Virus record (IMG/VR): IMGVR_UViG_3300024502_000013
Span: 9,995 to 73,994 of that record
Reading direction: 5' to 3' (one strand)
Origin: a virus
DNA: 64,000 nucleotides
In this document: positions 52,742-62,795 of the stretch, one piece after another
Layout of the letters: each line of letters begins with the position of its first letter
How positions within the stretch are numbered: the first letter of the stretch is position 1
Notes under the pieces: generated by a model
The model's database searches: none
Seen by the model: the letters and a program-made list of their open reading frames with translations, nothing else
Told to the model about the DNA's origin: nothing
Made by a program: the position numbers and the translations under genes

Positions 52742-54927
52742 GTTTACTTGCACAAAAATCCTTGCTTGCCAAGCTTATGGCTACTGAAAACCTGACAATT
52801 TATCAGGCTCAAGTGCCTACAGCTAGCTTCAATGTGCAAACCCGCACACTGACCGTGCCTATTCTTGACCAAAAACTATCCAAAGAGCTGTATGACTTGT
52901 TTATGGGTCACGAGGTTGGTCACGCTCTCTATACTCCTTTCGAAGGAATGAAGAAAGCCAAAGAAGAAAAAGTAAATATGTCCGTTTTGAATGTCGTGGA
53001 AGATTCCCGAATCGAACGAAAAATCAAAAACAAGTATCCTGGCATCAAAGCTCCGTTTATCAAAGCATACAAAGAGCTACTTGACCGTGATTTCTTTGGT
53101 ACATCAAACAAAGATGTAACAAAAATGAACTTTATTGACCGTGTTAATCTGCATTGCAAGATTGGTGCATCACTTGCTTTGCCATTTAATGAAGAAGAAC
53201 GCAAGCTTCTAGATGAAGTTGAGTCTACCGAAACATATGAAGAAGTTGTAGAGCTCACAAAACGCATTTGTGAATTCATGGAAGACCAATATGAGAATAT
53301 GCAATTTGAAGAAATTGATGTTATCCTCGATGATGATGGTGAATTAGAAATTGACGATGAAGATTTAGACGTTTTTGGTTCTTCACAATCAGACGATGTT
53401 GATGGAGAAATTGAATCCGAGCAAAAATCTGAACAAGAAACTAAAGCCGAAGGTGAATCCGAAGATACGGATGGCACCGAAGCAGATGGAACAACAGCAG
53501 GTGCTGGCATGGGTGCTGGTCGTAATCTGAAACCCAATTCAAAACCACTAGAAATTCGTTCGGAAACTGATGATGCTTATCGTAAGAACGAAGGCAAACT
53601 GTTTGACCAAAGCAAATACACAAAACATATCTATGGAAATATTCCTTTTTACGATACTTCCAAGATTGTTGACTACAAAGAAGTGTATAGCCGTTACAAA
53701 AATGAAGGCCTTGAACTTCCTTTGGCTAAATTCAATCAATATCGCCGTGAATCCTCTAAGGTTGTGTCGTATCTTGTGAAAGAATTTGAACTCCGCAAGA
53801 ATGCCGACCAATATAGCCGTGCAAAAGTTTCTAAAACTGGTGAATTGAACATGAACAAATTGTATGCGTACAATTTCACCGATGATATTTTTAAGAAAAT
53901 GACAACCTTGCCTCAAGGCAAGTCACACGGATTGGTGATGTTCATTGATTGGTCTGGTTCCATGGTCAATCACATTGAAAATACCGTGAAACAATTGCTC
54001 AACTTGGCATTGTTCTGCAAGAAAGTAAACATTCCCTTTGATGTTTATTGTTTTATTGAAAGTACAGAATCCCAATATATGAGCAGACCTGTTCGAAAAG
54101 GTGGTGACCTTGTTCTGTCTCAATTTGGTATTATTAATTTGCTTTCTTCCCGTATGAAAGCACATGAATTTACCACTGCTGGCGCTGCACTATTGCAAAT
54201 GTCAGGCGGAGCAACTCCACAAGTTTACGGTAATAGCCGTTATCATCGAACATACACACCGCCTTGGCTTGGCTTTTCTGGCACTCCTTTGAATGAGTGT
54301 ATCATTGCTGCCATGGAAATTGTTCCTCAGTTTCAGAAAAACAACCGTTTGCAAATTGTCAACACCGTGTTTCTGACTGATGGTGAAGGTTCCACAATTA
54401 ACAATGTGTTTGATAGTGATTATAATGATTCTAGTATTGAGAGTCATGGTTATACACATATGCACATTTGTGATCCGATTACAAAAAATGAAGAAGTATT
54501 TTCCCGTATCGGTCAAAGCTGGCGCATGAACAATGCAATGAGACAGACCGATTGTTTTTTGCGTTTACTCAAACAGCGTACTAATTCCCATGTCATTGGA
54601 TTCTTTGTTGGTGAAACAAAAGACATTGCACAACGAGCCGGTTATTTCTGGCCAGAGTGTGATGGCTTTGAATATAATCAAAAAGAAAAATACATTCAAC
54701 AATTCAAGGACAAGTTTAAGAAAGAATCTTGCCTTGTAATTAATTCAACTGGCTTTGATGATTACTATGTTCTCCGTTCAACAGGCCTAAGTATTGATGA
54801 TGAAGAAGAACTTGTGTTCAAAGAAAATGCAACAACCCGTGGTATGGTCTCCGCATTTACAAAGCACACAGGTAAGAAGATTACAAGCCGTGTTGTTCTC
54901 AACCGTTTTATTGATTTGATTTCATAA
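52738..54927 (+). CDS. metallopeptidase plus vWA (CobT-like) protein
   Basis: GHEVGHAL, NVVED.RIE, acidic linker, IDWSGSM, GTPL, LTDG. Confidence 0.85.
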   Translation: MSLLAQKSLLAKLMATENLTIYQAQVPTASFNVQTRTLTVPILDQKLSKELYDLFMGHEVGHALYTPFEGMKKAKEEKVNMSVLNVVEDSRIERKIKNKYPGIKAPFIKAYKELLDRDFFGTSNKDVTKMNFIDRVNLHCKIGASLALPFNEEERKLLDEVESTETYEEVVELTKRICEFMEDQYENMQFEEIDVILDDDGELEIDDEDLDVFGSSQSDDVDGEIESEQKSEQETKAEGESEDTDGTEADGTTAGAGMGAGRNLKPNSKPLEIRSETDDAYRKNEGKLFDQSKYTKHIYGNIPFYDTSKIVDYKEVYSRYKNEGLELPLAKFNQYRRESSKVVSYLVKEFELRKNADQYSRAKVSKTGELNMNKLYAYNFTDDIFKKMTTLPQGKSHGLVMFIDWSGSMVNHIENTVKQLLNLALFCKKVNIPFDVYCFIESTESQYMSRPVRKGGDLVLSQFGIINLLSSRMKAHEFTTAGAALLQMSGGATPQVYGNSRYHRTYTPPWLGFSGTPLNECIIAAMEIVPQFQKNNRLQIVNTVFLTDGEGSTINNVFDSDYNDSSIESHGYTHMHICDPITKNEEVFSRIGQSWRMNNAMRQTDCFLRLLKQRTNSHVIGFFVGETKDIAQRAGYFWPECDGFEYNQKEKYIQQFKDKFKKESCLVINSTGFDDYYVLRSTGLSIDDEEELVFKENATTRGMVSAFTKHTGKKITSRVVLNRFIDLIS

Positions 54928-54936
54928 GGAGCTAAA

Positions 54937-55170
54937 ATGGAAATTTATTCCGAATACTACAACGGTGAAAGGAAGGCCACCGTTACTCTAATTAAGAGAC
55001 ACTGGGATTCCAAGTTTAATGTTTGGGAAGTTGCAATGTATGTTGGTACAACTTGTATTCGCCGTGCATCCATGACCAATGAGGTTGCTGCTGAAAACCT
55101 TGCTGAAGATTTTGTCAATGGTGGTGATTCAGCACCCACACTTTTAAATGAAAACATTTCTAATGGATAA
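54937..55170 (+). CDS. hypothetical protein
   Basis: AAGGAG RBS. Confidence 0.6.
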   Translation: MEIYSEYYNGERKATVTLIKRHWDSKFNVWEVAMYVGTTCIRRASMTNEVAAENLAEDFVNGGDSAPTLLNENISNG

Positions 55171-55438
55171 TCAAATCAAGGAAATTCTCTGCATTACACA
55201 GGAAGAATGTGCAGAGGTTTCCCAATCAGTCTCCAAAATCTTCCGCTTTGGTTGGGAATCCAAACATCCAAAAACAGGTGTCAATAACCGTGAACACCTA
55301 GAGGAAGAAATTGGTGACCTATTGGCCATGGTTGACATCCTTGTGGAAAAGTGTATAATCTCAGATAGTGCAGTAAATGCTGCTCGAAAAGCCAAACGGG
55401 AAAAACTGAAAGCCTGGTCATCTATTGAAGGACTATAA
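55163..55438 (+). CDS. MazG-like protein
   Basis: QEECAEV..SK..RFG..EEEIGD. Confidence 0.75.
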   Translation: MDNQIKEILCITQEECAEVSQSVSKIFRFGWESKHPKTGVNNREHLEEEIGDLLAMVDILVEKCIISDSAVNAARKAKREKLKAWSSIEGL

Positions 55439-55439
55439 A

Positions 55440-55889
55440 ATGGATTATGATTTTGAACGATACTGTTTTCTTCTACAGACATTGATGGAAGCATCCTATC
55501 GTGATCCTGATGACTTAGTGATTGGTGAAAACATCTCCGACATTCCACCTGTCAAAATCATCTTTGATGGTTATGGTGACCTGGAAGATGAAGATGAAAA
55601 CGGTGAGTATCGTTACACCGAGGGTGGCAACAAAAACATGGAGTCCTATGCAATCTTTATTCACAAAGATGCGTTAACACCAGAGTTTGAGTTTCCAGAA
55701 CACGAGACTTGGTTTGCAATCATCCACCGTCCAAAGGAAGAAGTCTGTATCTATGCATGGTATGATGTAGAAGCCGATTCTTGGGAATTCCTGCCATTAG
55801 AAGATAGACTTGATGAAGATTCACCAATGACCGAAGAAGATGTAATGAAAATCCTTGAAGGCCTTTACAGAGAGTATTATGAAGGATGA
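55440..55889 (+). CDS. acidic hypothetical protein
   Basis: AAGGA RBS. Confidence 0.6.
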   Translation: MDYDFERYCFLLQTLMEASYRDPDDLVIGENISDIPPVKIIFDGYGDLEDEDENGEYRYTEGGNKNMESYAIFIHKDALTPEFEFPEHETWFAIIHRPKEEVCIYAWYDVEADSWEFLPLEDRLDEDSPMTEEDVMKILEGLYREYYEG

Positions 55890-55999
55890 AGACGTACTAT
55901 TTCATTATCGACAAATGGAAGAACTCTACGGCGAGCTTCCAGATCCAGACCATTGCCCTATTGAGTTTGCTTATCTTGTAAAACTATACCGGACTTATC

Positions 56000-56233
56000 A
56001 TGCAAAAGAAAATCTACACCGAACTACTTGAACAAAAAATCATTGACCTAGAACAACAGGTCGAAGAAATGAAAGCTGAACTTGTCTCCATGGCAAAACT
56101 CTTGGTTGACAACCGTATTCCAACCCTATCAGAATGTTCCAAATGTGGTATTCAAATTACTCCCGATATTAAACAATTCTGTCTAGACCTCAAATGCCCC
56201 TCAGGCCTAGGTCCAGTCTATTACCGTTATTAA
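56000..56233 (+). CDS. hypothetical protein (coiled coil plus Cys cluster)
   Basis: CSKC..C..CP. Confidence 0.55.
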   Translation: MQKKIYTELLEQKIIDLEQQVEEMKAELVSMAKLLVDNRIPTLSECSKCGIQITPDIKQFCLDLKCPSGLGPVYYRY

Positions 56234-56258
56234 TTTTTCCAGCGCTTCCGGATACTCC

Positions 56259-56552
56259 ATGGCCAAAACCACATACCACAGAGTTACTGTGAAACTCGTC
56301 AATGGATTCCAGTACAGTTACACCTGCATTGGCAGAATGCTCGAGGGTATGAAGAAAAGCTCTCAGAGCCACTGGACCGATTCCATCACAGTCACTGAAA
56401 TCACCGAAGAAGAACACAGAGAATCTTGGTACTCCGAACCTAAACCCATAAAGAAAACGAATCCACAGTTTTCATCCTTAGAGGACTTCTTTGACGGTGA
56501 AAAGAAAGAAACACCTAAGCCTAAAACAAGAAAACCACGTAAATCTGTATGA
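56259..56552 (+). CDS. hypothetical protein with an SLEDFF clamp-binding-like motif
   Basis: SSLEDFFD matches the gp43 C-terminus SLEDFFG. Confidence 0.55.
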   Translation: MAKTTYHRVTVKLVNGFQYSYTCIGRMLEGMKKSSQSHWTDSITVTEITEEEHRESWYSEPKPIKKTNPQFSSLEDFFDGEKKETPKPKTRKPRKSV

Positions 56553-56869
56553 ATGGAAAGTATTTCGTTGTCGCTGGTAACAAATCAGAATATCTGAAAT
56601 TTGTTGAACAAAAGTGCCAGGAACATTGGGCAATGAACAATACACAAAACCTATCGTATTCCAATTTTGTCTATGCAACCGCCGATAATCTCAGAGGATA
56701 CAGAAATCCATCCGGTTGGTTCGTTTACTCTTGGTATATGAGAGATGACATACATGATATCTTTACACAATTAAGAGGTGCTTGTGATGATCCAGTTAAA
56801 TCCCAACAAATACAAAAACTGTACAATAAACTGATTGAAATAGAGTGTAACGAAAACTTATACAAATAA
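56549..56869 (+). CDS. hypothetical protein
   Basis: Translationally coupled ORF. Confidence 0.55.
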   Translation: MNGKYFVVAGNKSEYLKFVEQKCQEHWAMNNTQNLSYSNFVYATADNLRGYRNPSGWFVYSWYMRDDIHDIFTQLRGACDDPVKSQQIQKLYNKLIEIECNENLYK

Positions 56870-56888
56870 AATTAAGGGAAGATAAAAA

Positions 56889-57131
56889 TTGAAAAAGTGG
56901 ATGGAAAAAGAGTTTGGCTTTTGGGCTTACTATGACGATGAAGATGGACAAATCATTGGTGCCGTCCATAAGGTAGGTACAGGATCAACCGCAGTATGGC
57001 TTGCAAAGATGTATAGAGTAGAAAACTTTATGCACCATGAATTACACAATGGACAATTTGTAGATTCAGAATACGCAAAGAGATCCATAGAGAAATACTG
57101 GGAAATACAGAGCAGAACACTCCTGGAGTGA
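56889..57131 (+). CDS. hypothetical protein
   Basis: RBS; last gene of the plus-strand block. Confidence 0.55.
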   Translation: MKKWMEKEFGFWAYYDDEDGQIIGAVHKVGTGSTAVWLAKMYRVENFMHHELHNGQFVDSEYAKRSIEKYWEIQSRTLLE

Positions 57132-57305
57132 TAGGGGCTCCAGAAAAAAATTTCGAAATCCTTAATGCCGGCCCCGAAAAATAAAAAATGGAAAAAAAGA
57201 GTTTGACCTGGAGGAGCTTTTTTTAGCTAACGCTTCCCCATGGGGCTTCATCCCTTCCACCTATAGTCAAACCGAGTCCGCAAACAAAAGTATACCATTA
57301 GAGCC

Positions 57306-57330
57306 AAAAAAAGGGGGCTTCAGAGCCCCC
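57306..57330 (-). terminator. terminator of the minus-strand early block
   Basis: GGGGGCT/AGCCCCC stem with a T-run on the minus strand. Confidence 0.75.
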
Positions 57331-57351
57331 ATAAAGCCGCAAACCAAAGTA

Positions 57352-57996
57352 TTAAGCGGCTACAGCAATGCGAATAACTTTGGCCATTTTACGGCCGTGT
57401 GCCGGATATCCGATAACCGCCACGGATTTGTCATAGCAAGCACGGCAGCTCAGGCACTTGCCGTCTTGGTTATAGGCTTGGCATACTGTAACGCCTGCAG
57501 GTGCTGAGGTAGCATCAGGTAAAATGGTGCTACCATGGAGGCCAGGTGTATAGGTGCCATCCACGGCATCGCTACTATAACGGACCATGACATTGGGAAG
57601 GGCTTGCATTTTGGCCAACACAGCCTGGAATTTAGGGAATTTATACATTCTGGTGGGTAACCAGTGCTTGGTGTTGGGGGTGGCTTCCATAATGGCCAGC
57701 ATTTTTTCGGCAAGCTCTAGAGCATACATGTCGCCGGAATCAAACCAACGGAAATGGGTGTCCTTGGACAGAGCCTTCACCATATCAGCAACCCAGCCAT
57801 CACGCTGCCAGTCCTTTTTATTGTCAGCACGGACAGCTTTGACGGGACCAAAATGGTACATGCCGGTGGTGGCGTAGCAACCAGAGCAAGCGGCAACCAA
57901 TTGGCCGTTGGTCAATTTAGAACCGGGGCAGGTTTCGAGAGCCTGGAGGGACCAGCTTTTGGTACCGAGCTTGGAGGTTTTTGAGAGCTTTAGCAT
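57352..57996 (-). CDS. Gp88-like Cys-rich protein
   Basis: SKL..SWSL..TCPGS..CSGCYA, FRWFDSGD, C..C..C..C. Confidence 0.7.
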   Translation of the reverse strand: MLKLSKTSKLGTKSWSLQALETCPGSKLTNGQLVAACSGCYATTGMYHFGPVKAVRADNKKDWQRDGWVADMVKALSKDTHFRWFDSGDMYALELAEKMLAIMEATPNTKHWLPTRMYKFPKFQAVLAKMQALPNVMVRYSSDAVDGTYTPGLHGSTILPDATSAPAGVTVCQAYNQDGKCLSCRACYDKSVAVIGYPAHGRKMAKVIRIAVAA

Positions 57997-58098
57997 TGCT
58001 GTTTCCTTTTCTTTACTATGGAATGGATTGTAATGGAACCAGCGGGAATGGCAAGCGTCCATTAAAAAACCCACCGGAGTGGTGGGTCATGGTTGCCA

Positions 58099-58347
58099 TT
58101 AGTCCAAAAGTATCATATACTCCCGAGGATAGAACCGGCGGAACCATTCTAGTCCGGTCTGGACGGTCCGATAAGCACCAAAGGTCTGGGCACCCATAAT
58201 GATATCATACACCGCCACGGCCACTGGAGTAAGCTCGCAGCTTTCACCTGAAAAGGGATTGGTCACCACCACTGGCTCCGTATCCAACACCTGGCCACCC
58301 TCAAAAGGAATGGTATCCTTGTCCATTTTAATCCGTCCAACCATTAC
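58099..58347 (-). CDS. hypothetical early protein
   Basis: NPFSGESCELTP..VYD.I.G..FRR..Y..LLD; start codon uncertain. Confidence 0.6.
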   Translation of the reverse strand, partial: VMVGRIKMDKDTIPFEGGQVLDTEPVVVTNPFSGESCELTPVAVAVYDIIMGAQTFGAYRTVQTGLEWFRRFYPREYMILLD

Positions 58348-58638
58348 ATTCTCCAAATAAAAAGGTCAATTAGCAAAACAACCAGCGCCAAAGCACCAAC
58401 GGTGGTCAGGATGGCCAGCTCATTCCGATTCCAAAAGCTATCCATGTTAAGCTCCAAAATAACGGACAATCATAGCAAGCGCATAACCAACGGACATTCC
58501 GGAAAGATATACGGCGGCAAGCTCTAAGCGGGAGAAAATCATCATTTTTTGTTCCTTTTTCATCATCATGGAATGGATTGTAGTGGAATCCTTGGGGGAT
58601 GGCAACCGTAAACTTTAGTATTCCATCCCCCTACTGGA

Positions 58639-58965
58639 TTAAGCGCTTGCCTTTTTAGCCATAATAGCAGAGGCTATACGGTTGTCCTCGGCACCATAGG
58701 TTGTAACCTTGCCAGGCTTACGGGCGGCTTTGGCAGCCTTAATACCAACGGGAGCTGCCTGCTTCTCCAATAGCTTCTGAAGCCGTGCTTGTGCTTTCAC
58801 AATGGCCGCTTCACGCTTGGCCTGTAGTGCAGCCTGCTTGGCTTCCTTGGTGGCAAGCTTGGTTGCCTTGGTTGCTTCACGCTCAGCAGCAATGGCTTCA
58901 CGGAGGGCTTTAACCTGAGCCTGGGCGGTTGCCAGCTCAGCACGGAGGGTTTTCAATTTGGACAT
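58639..58965 (-). CDS. Ala/Lys-rich basic coiled-coil protein
   Basis: AAGGAG RBS after a cassette promoter. Confidence 0.7.
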   Translation of the reverse strand: MSKLKTLRAELATAQAQVKALREAIAAEREATKATKLATKEAKQAALQAKREAAIVKAQARLQKLLEKQAAPVGIKAAKAARKPGKVTTYGAEDNRIASAIMAKKASA

Positions 58966-59014
58966 AGCTGTCTCCTTTTCAATCATCATGGAATGGATTC
59001 TAACCAAAAAGCCG

Positions 59015-59260
59015 TTATTCGGCAACCTGTAAACGTTTTTCTTCCATCATTTCGCTCAAGATATATTTCGCACGGTTCAGCTCCTTCCGAGCCTGATCCG
59101 TTGCTTGTGCATGGCCAAAGCTCATCAGCTCTTGAGCATCGGACAGGATGGACATAACCACCATTTCCAGTCCAGAGCACCGAGCGGTGATGCTTTCCAT
59201 ATACTGCTCTTGGATATCCGCTTCGCTCATACCATAGCACCGTTGCTCAAATTCCGTCAT
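59015..59260 (-). CDS. hypothetical early protein
   Basis: AAGGA RBS after a cassette promoter. Confidence 0.65.
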   Translation of the reverse strand: MTEFEQRCYGMSEADIQEQYMESITARCSGLEMVVMSILSDAQELMSFGHAQATDQARKELNRAKYILSEMMEEKRLQVAE

Positions 59261-59324
59261 TGCTGCGTCCTTTTCAATCATCATGGAATGGATTGTAGAG
59301 CATTTTACCGGTTTTGGCAACTGT

Positions 59325-59590
59325 AAACTTTTTTCTTACAGGAGATTTTGTGAGAACTTTTTTCTTATATTGACAGGAACTCTTGGACCTGTATAATGGA
59401 CCCATTCGAAAGCAGGACTGGGGTGGACACGGACCCTGGTCGCCTTATGGGGATGCTCTCGGATTAAAACTTTTTTCTTACAGGGGCTGCGGAATGAGAA
59501 ACCAAAGAATGGCTCCGAGGCATTTTGTTTGCATCCTGGTCGATCCTGTAATGAAATGGAATGCCACCCAGGCACTAAGTCGGATTAATA
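59325..59590 (+). other. divergence point with direct repeats, a promoter and a GC-rich nested structure (ncRNA or origin candidate)
   Basis: AAACTTTTTTCTTACAGG twice, TTGACA-16-TATAAT, nested stems. Confidence 0.45.
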
Positions 59591-60140
59591 CCAAAATATT
59601 AGCGTATTCCTGCGATTCACCATGCGAAAAATTGCACTTTATTGCACAATATTGCACCTATGGATGAATTATAGTGCATACGATGGTTTTTTAAAACTTT
59701 TCGACTACTTGGGTAGTCTATTTTATTACTTTACCTTACTGGAATACTATGGTTTACCATTGCCAATATTGGTTTTTTATGGTCTAATCCATTGGAAGAT
59801 ATGGACACGGGATGGAATACTTGACCGGACTGGTTGGTATACTATAGTGTTATATTGACATTCTACTGGATTCCTGTATAGTCCAACCATTATACAGCAA
59901 GGAGAAAGCATGGAAGAAAAATTGTATACTTTGGTTTTGGAGAACAAATGAAAATGAGTAAGAATGACTACATTGCTCTGATTGTAGAGCATATTGTAAA
60001 CCAAGGTTATAAGTCCTCGGACGATTTTGTGAACTATATTACTATGATTCTACCGATGATGAATACGGAAGACTTACAATCTGAGTTGGAAGATTTGGAA
60101 ATTAATGCTATTGGTTTAAGTGAATAAGAAAGGTTTAATT

Positions 60141-60344
60141 ATGTCGAAAATGTCAGAAATTGATATTACATTGCAGGAATACGAGGAAAGTTTGAATACT
60201 TTTGGTCACGCTGACCCGTTGGTCGTGGCGTTAAAACGTGAACTTTTAGGTTACGGCATCTCGGATGTGAATGATTTGGTTCGTGGTATTGACGATGAGT
60301 TTGATATGTTAGTATTCAATAACCAAACCGAAGGTAGGTTCTAA
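60141..60344 (+). CDS. hypothetical early protein
   Basis: GAAAGG RBS. Confidence 0.55.
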   Translation: MSKMSEIDITLQEYEESLNTFGHADPLVVALKRELLGYGISDVNDLVRGIDDEFDMLVFNNQTEGRF

Positions 60345-60479
60345 GTATTAAGGTTAGTATGCACTTGGTTCAGGTAGCATACTTTAGTATTCGAGCAGGT
60401 AAATGGAATACTAAAGCATTCGACTTGACAATCAGGTAGGATTCAGGTAGAATTATTGGAAATTTGAAAAGGAGTTGGT

Positions 60480-60737
60480 ATGAATGTCGATACAGTGAAC
60501 GATTTTGTGGATGAGTTGTTGGACATGGAAGGTGATGTTGTCATCGGAGGTGTGACATTTTCACGGTCTTACATTTTGAAGGAATTGGACCCTATTGCAT
60601 ACCGTCAGGTAGCATTGGATGTGATTGACACGCATTTGGAAGATTTGCGATATGACTTGGAGTCCTTGGACCCTGAGTTGGATGCCGATGAGGTAGAAAA
60701 CCTGCAAGCTCTAATTGCTGAGTTGGAAGATTATTAA
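60480..60737 (+). CDS. acidic hypothetical early protein
   Basis: TTGACA..TAGAAT promoter at about 60425, AAGGAG RBS, ILKELDPIAYR. Confidence 0.65.
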   Translation: MNVDTVNDFVDELLDMEGDVVIGGVTFSRSYILKELDPIAYRQVALDVIDTHLEDLRYDLESLDPELDADEVENLQALIAELEDY

Positions 60738-60749
60738 GAGGTAATTCAA

Positions 60750-60983
60750 ATGAAATTGATTTGTAAATCGGTTGTAGGTGGTTGGCAGTCCTTTGATGAG
60801 GATACAGGTCTTGCTTTTGGTCCTGCATTCCACAAGGTACAGGACCTGTGGAATTGGCAAGGTGAGAATATTACCGCTGACAAGGTGGTGGTTAAAAGCC
60901 TGATGACAGGTGAAGGTGTGCTGATTGATTCAGATACGCCGTGGTGCTGTAATCCGTCATCCGAAACATATTGGAGTATGTAA
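60750..60983 (+). CDS. hypothetical protein
   Basis: GAGG RBS; TPWCCNPSSETYWSM tail. Confidence 0.65.
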   Translation: MKLICKSVVGGWQSFDEDTGLAFGPAFHKVQDLWNWQGENITADKVVVKSLMTGEGVLIDSDTPWCCNPSSETYWSM

Positions 60984-61252
60984 CATGGATATAATGATTC
61001 GAGCAAATGAGCAAGGTGAGGTTGGTATTGACACCGAGGTAAGCCCTGGGTTGGGAAAATATTATGTAAAAACCTATGATGGCGAATACAATGCTTGTGG
61101 ATTTGATACGGTTGAAGAAGCATGGGAAGAATTGGAATTTGTAATTGAAACACTGAATCTTGACAAAATTGCTTGAGAACTTTTGTACTACAGTTGCCAT
61201 TCCTACCATTCCCTGTAGAATTCACTGTATTGATTGATTGAAGGAGAAAATC

Positions 61253-61477
61253 ATGGGTTGGAATAAGGACGGTTCTACCATCAAAGCGAAATACCTTGGT
61301 GATTATGAATTCACCGGTGTGGTACAGGAATCCCGTGTATCATACGGTGGTCAGGTTTTGTACACCGTGCTGTGTGATGAGCCCTTGGTTCTGCCGTTTT
61401 CTGGTGAAGCCCGTGAGGTGGTGATTGTAAACGAAAACCAAGTGCTTGCTGATTTTGGTGTAATTATGGAGGCTTAA
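61253..61477 (+). CDS. hypothetical protein
   Basis: TTGCCA..TAGAAT promoter at about 61194, AAGGAG RBS. Confidence 0.6.
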   Translation: MGWNKDGSTIKAKYLGDYEFTGVVQESRVSYGGQVLYTVLCDEPLVLPFSGEAREVVIVNENQVLADFGVIMEA

Positions 61478-61686
61478 TGCGTAAACACAAAATTTCCCGT
61501 GATGACATTAACACCAAGCTCACCCATTTTTTGGTGAATATACCCGAGCGCCACCACCAAGATGCATTGGAGTATATTCTCTCCCAATATGTTGCAGTGT
61601 TGGCCGATGGTTCTGGCAAATTGCAAAAAGAGCATATTGCCGGCATGAATGAATTTTACAAGGAGTTGCAAAATGCAGCATTATAA
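61477..61686 (+). CDS. hypothetical protein
   Basis: GGAGG RBS. Confidence 0.55.
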   Translation: MRKHKISRDDINTKLTHFLVNIPERHHQDALEYILSQYVAVLADGSGKLQKEHIAGMNEFYKELQNAAL

Positions 61687-61993
61687 AGACCGTATCGTAA
61701 CCTCTGGAACTGGCCTTTGGTCTAGTAAAATCAAGGAAGTCCATGTCCATGCATTTACCGTTCCTTATGTGAACGAAGAATGTGATTTTGGTGAATTGCG
61801 TGTATATTTTGATACCGACACCTGGGATGTGGAGAATGATGGTCTAATCTATACGGACCCGGCTTTCTTGGAATCCATCCGTGTGGCATTTGGCACCAGT
61901 GACATTCATTATTCTGAGCAGGGTATGCAAGGAGATAATTTTGTGTCATTTGATGTTGGTCGTGAATTTTTGTGTGAATATGAAGGAGCATAA
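61673..61993 (+). CDS. hypothetical protein
   Basis: GELRVYF..GLIYTD..YSEQGMQG..VS.DV. Confidence 0.6.
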   Translation: MQHYKDRIVTSGTGLWSSKIKEVHVHAFTVPYVNEECDFGELRVYFDTDTWDVENDGLIYTDPAFLESIRVAFGTSDIHYSEQGMQGDNFVSFDVGREFLCEYEGA

Positions 61994-62276
61994 TTGTGAA
62001 TAATGATTTTCAATGGGATTTGATGGTCGCCCAATTGCGTGGCGTAGAGCTGAATAACTTTGGCCTGCACCAGGTCGCCCAATTATCGTGTGGTGAAGTT
62101 ACCGGCAGCCAAACGCATGACCTGCTGACCCAACGCCTGTATGAACAGGATTGGCGTGACCGATTCTTGGCAAAATGAGTACTTTTTTCTTCAACCTGGC
62201 AAATGGAATACTTTCTTCTGAATTGCCATATCCGACCAGCCTGTTATAATCCTTCCATAGTTGATAAGGAGATTTG

Positions 62277-62795
62277 ATGAATTTCAGTAAAGATAAACCA
62301 ACCGTAACTGCCATGTACTTGGTCGACCGTGACAAGCAGGGCAAAGCCTATCGCTGGTACAATGCGGAGACCGGCCAATGGGGTCGTTGTGGTTTTGATA
62401 TGCAGGAAGCACTTGACAATAAAGAAACCACAGCGGTCGATTTTTATCCGTGGGTCGGCCCCTTGACTGGTCCCAATTTCAAGACCAACAAACCCGTTGT
62501 CCAGGTTTCAGAGGATGAAAAACCATCCAAACCTGCCCGTGGTTATCAAACCAAGAAAAAGGTTGCTGCCACCCGTATGGCAAAATCACCTGCACCTGTT
62601 GCACCTAAGGTCAAGGCAACCAAAGCACCGAAGTCCACCCATGCTGATGGCACCGTGTGGTATCGTGCAGACCGTGGTAAGTGGATTGCACAGTGGAATT
62701 CAAAACAAGAGGCAGCTAGACCCACCGCTGAGGCGTGTTTAAATTTCTTGAAGAAGAAATATAATGTTGTCGGTGTTGTTATTCCGAAAGACTGA
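62277..62795 (+). CDS. hypothetical early protein with K/P/A-rich linker
   Basis: TTGCCA..TATAAT promoter at about 62223, AAGGAG RBS. Confidence 0.65.
   Translation: MNFSKDKPTVTAMYLVDRDKQGKAYRWYNAETGQWGRCGFDMQEALDNKETTAVDFYPWVGPLTGPNFKTNKPVVQVSEDEKPSKPARGYQTKKKVAATRMAKSPAPVAPKVKATKAPKSTHADGTVWYRADRGKWIAQWNSKQEAARPTAEACLNFLKKKYNVVGVVIPKD

Larger units (their letters stand above)
58017..59320 (-). repeat. four tandem early-promoter cassettes sharing a CCATTCCAT leader
   Basis: TTGCC(A/G)-16/17-TA(C/G)AAT-CCATTCCAT at 58027-58054, 58577-58605, 58997-59025 and 59292-59320. Confidence 0.85.

Noticed and set aside
52738-54927. Cobalamin biosynthesis gene cobT
   Set aside because: It is a peptidase-vWA protein of the kind that partners MoxR-type ATPases in T4-like phages; no cobalamin pathway genes are in the window.
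57135-57300. A-tract-rich intergenic segment as a defined packaging site
   Set aside because: It is suggestive, but no specific motif can be supported from sequence alone.
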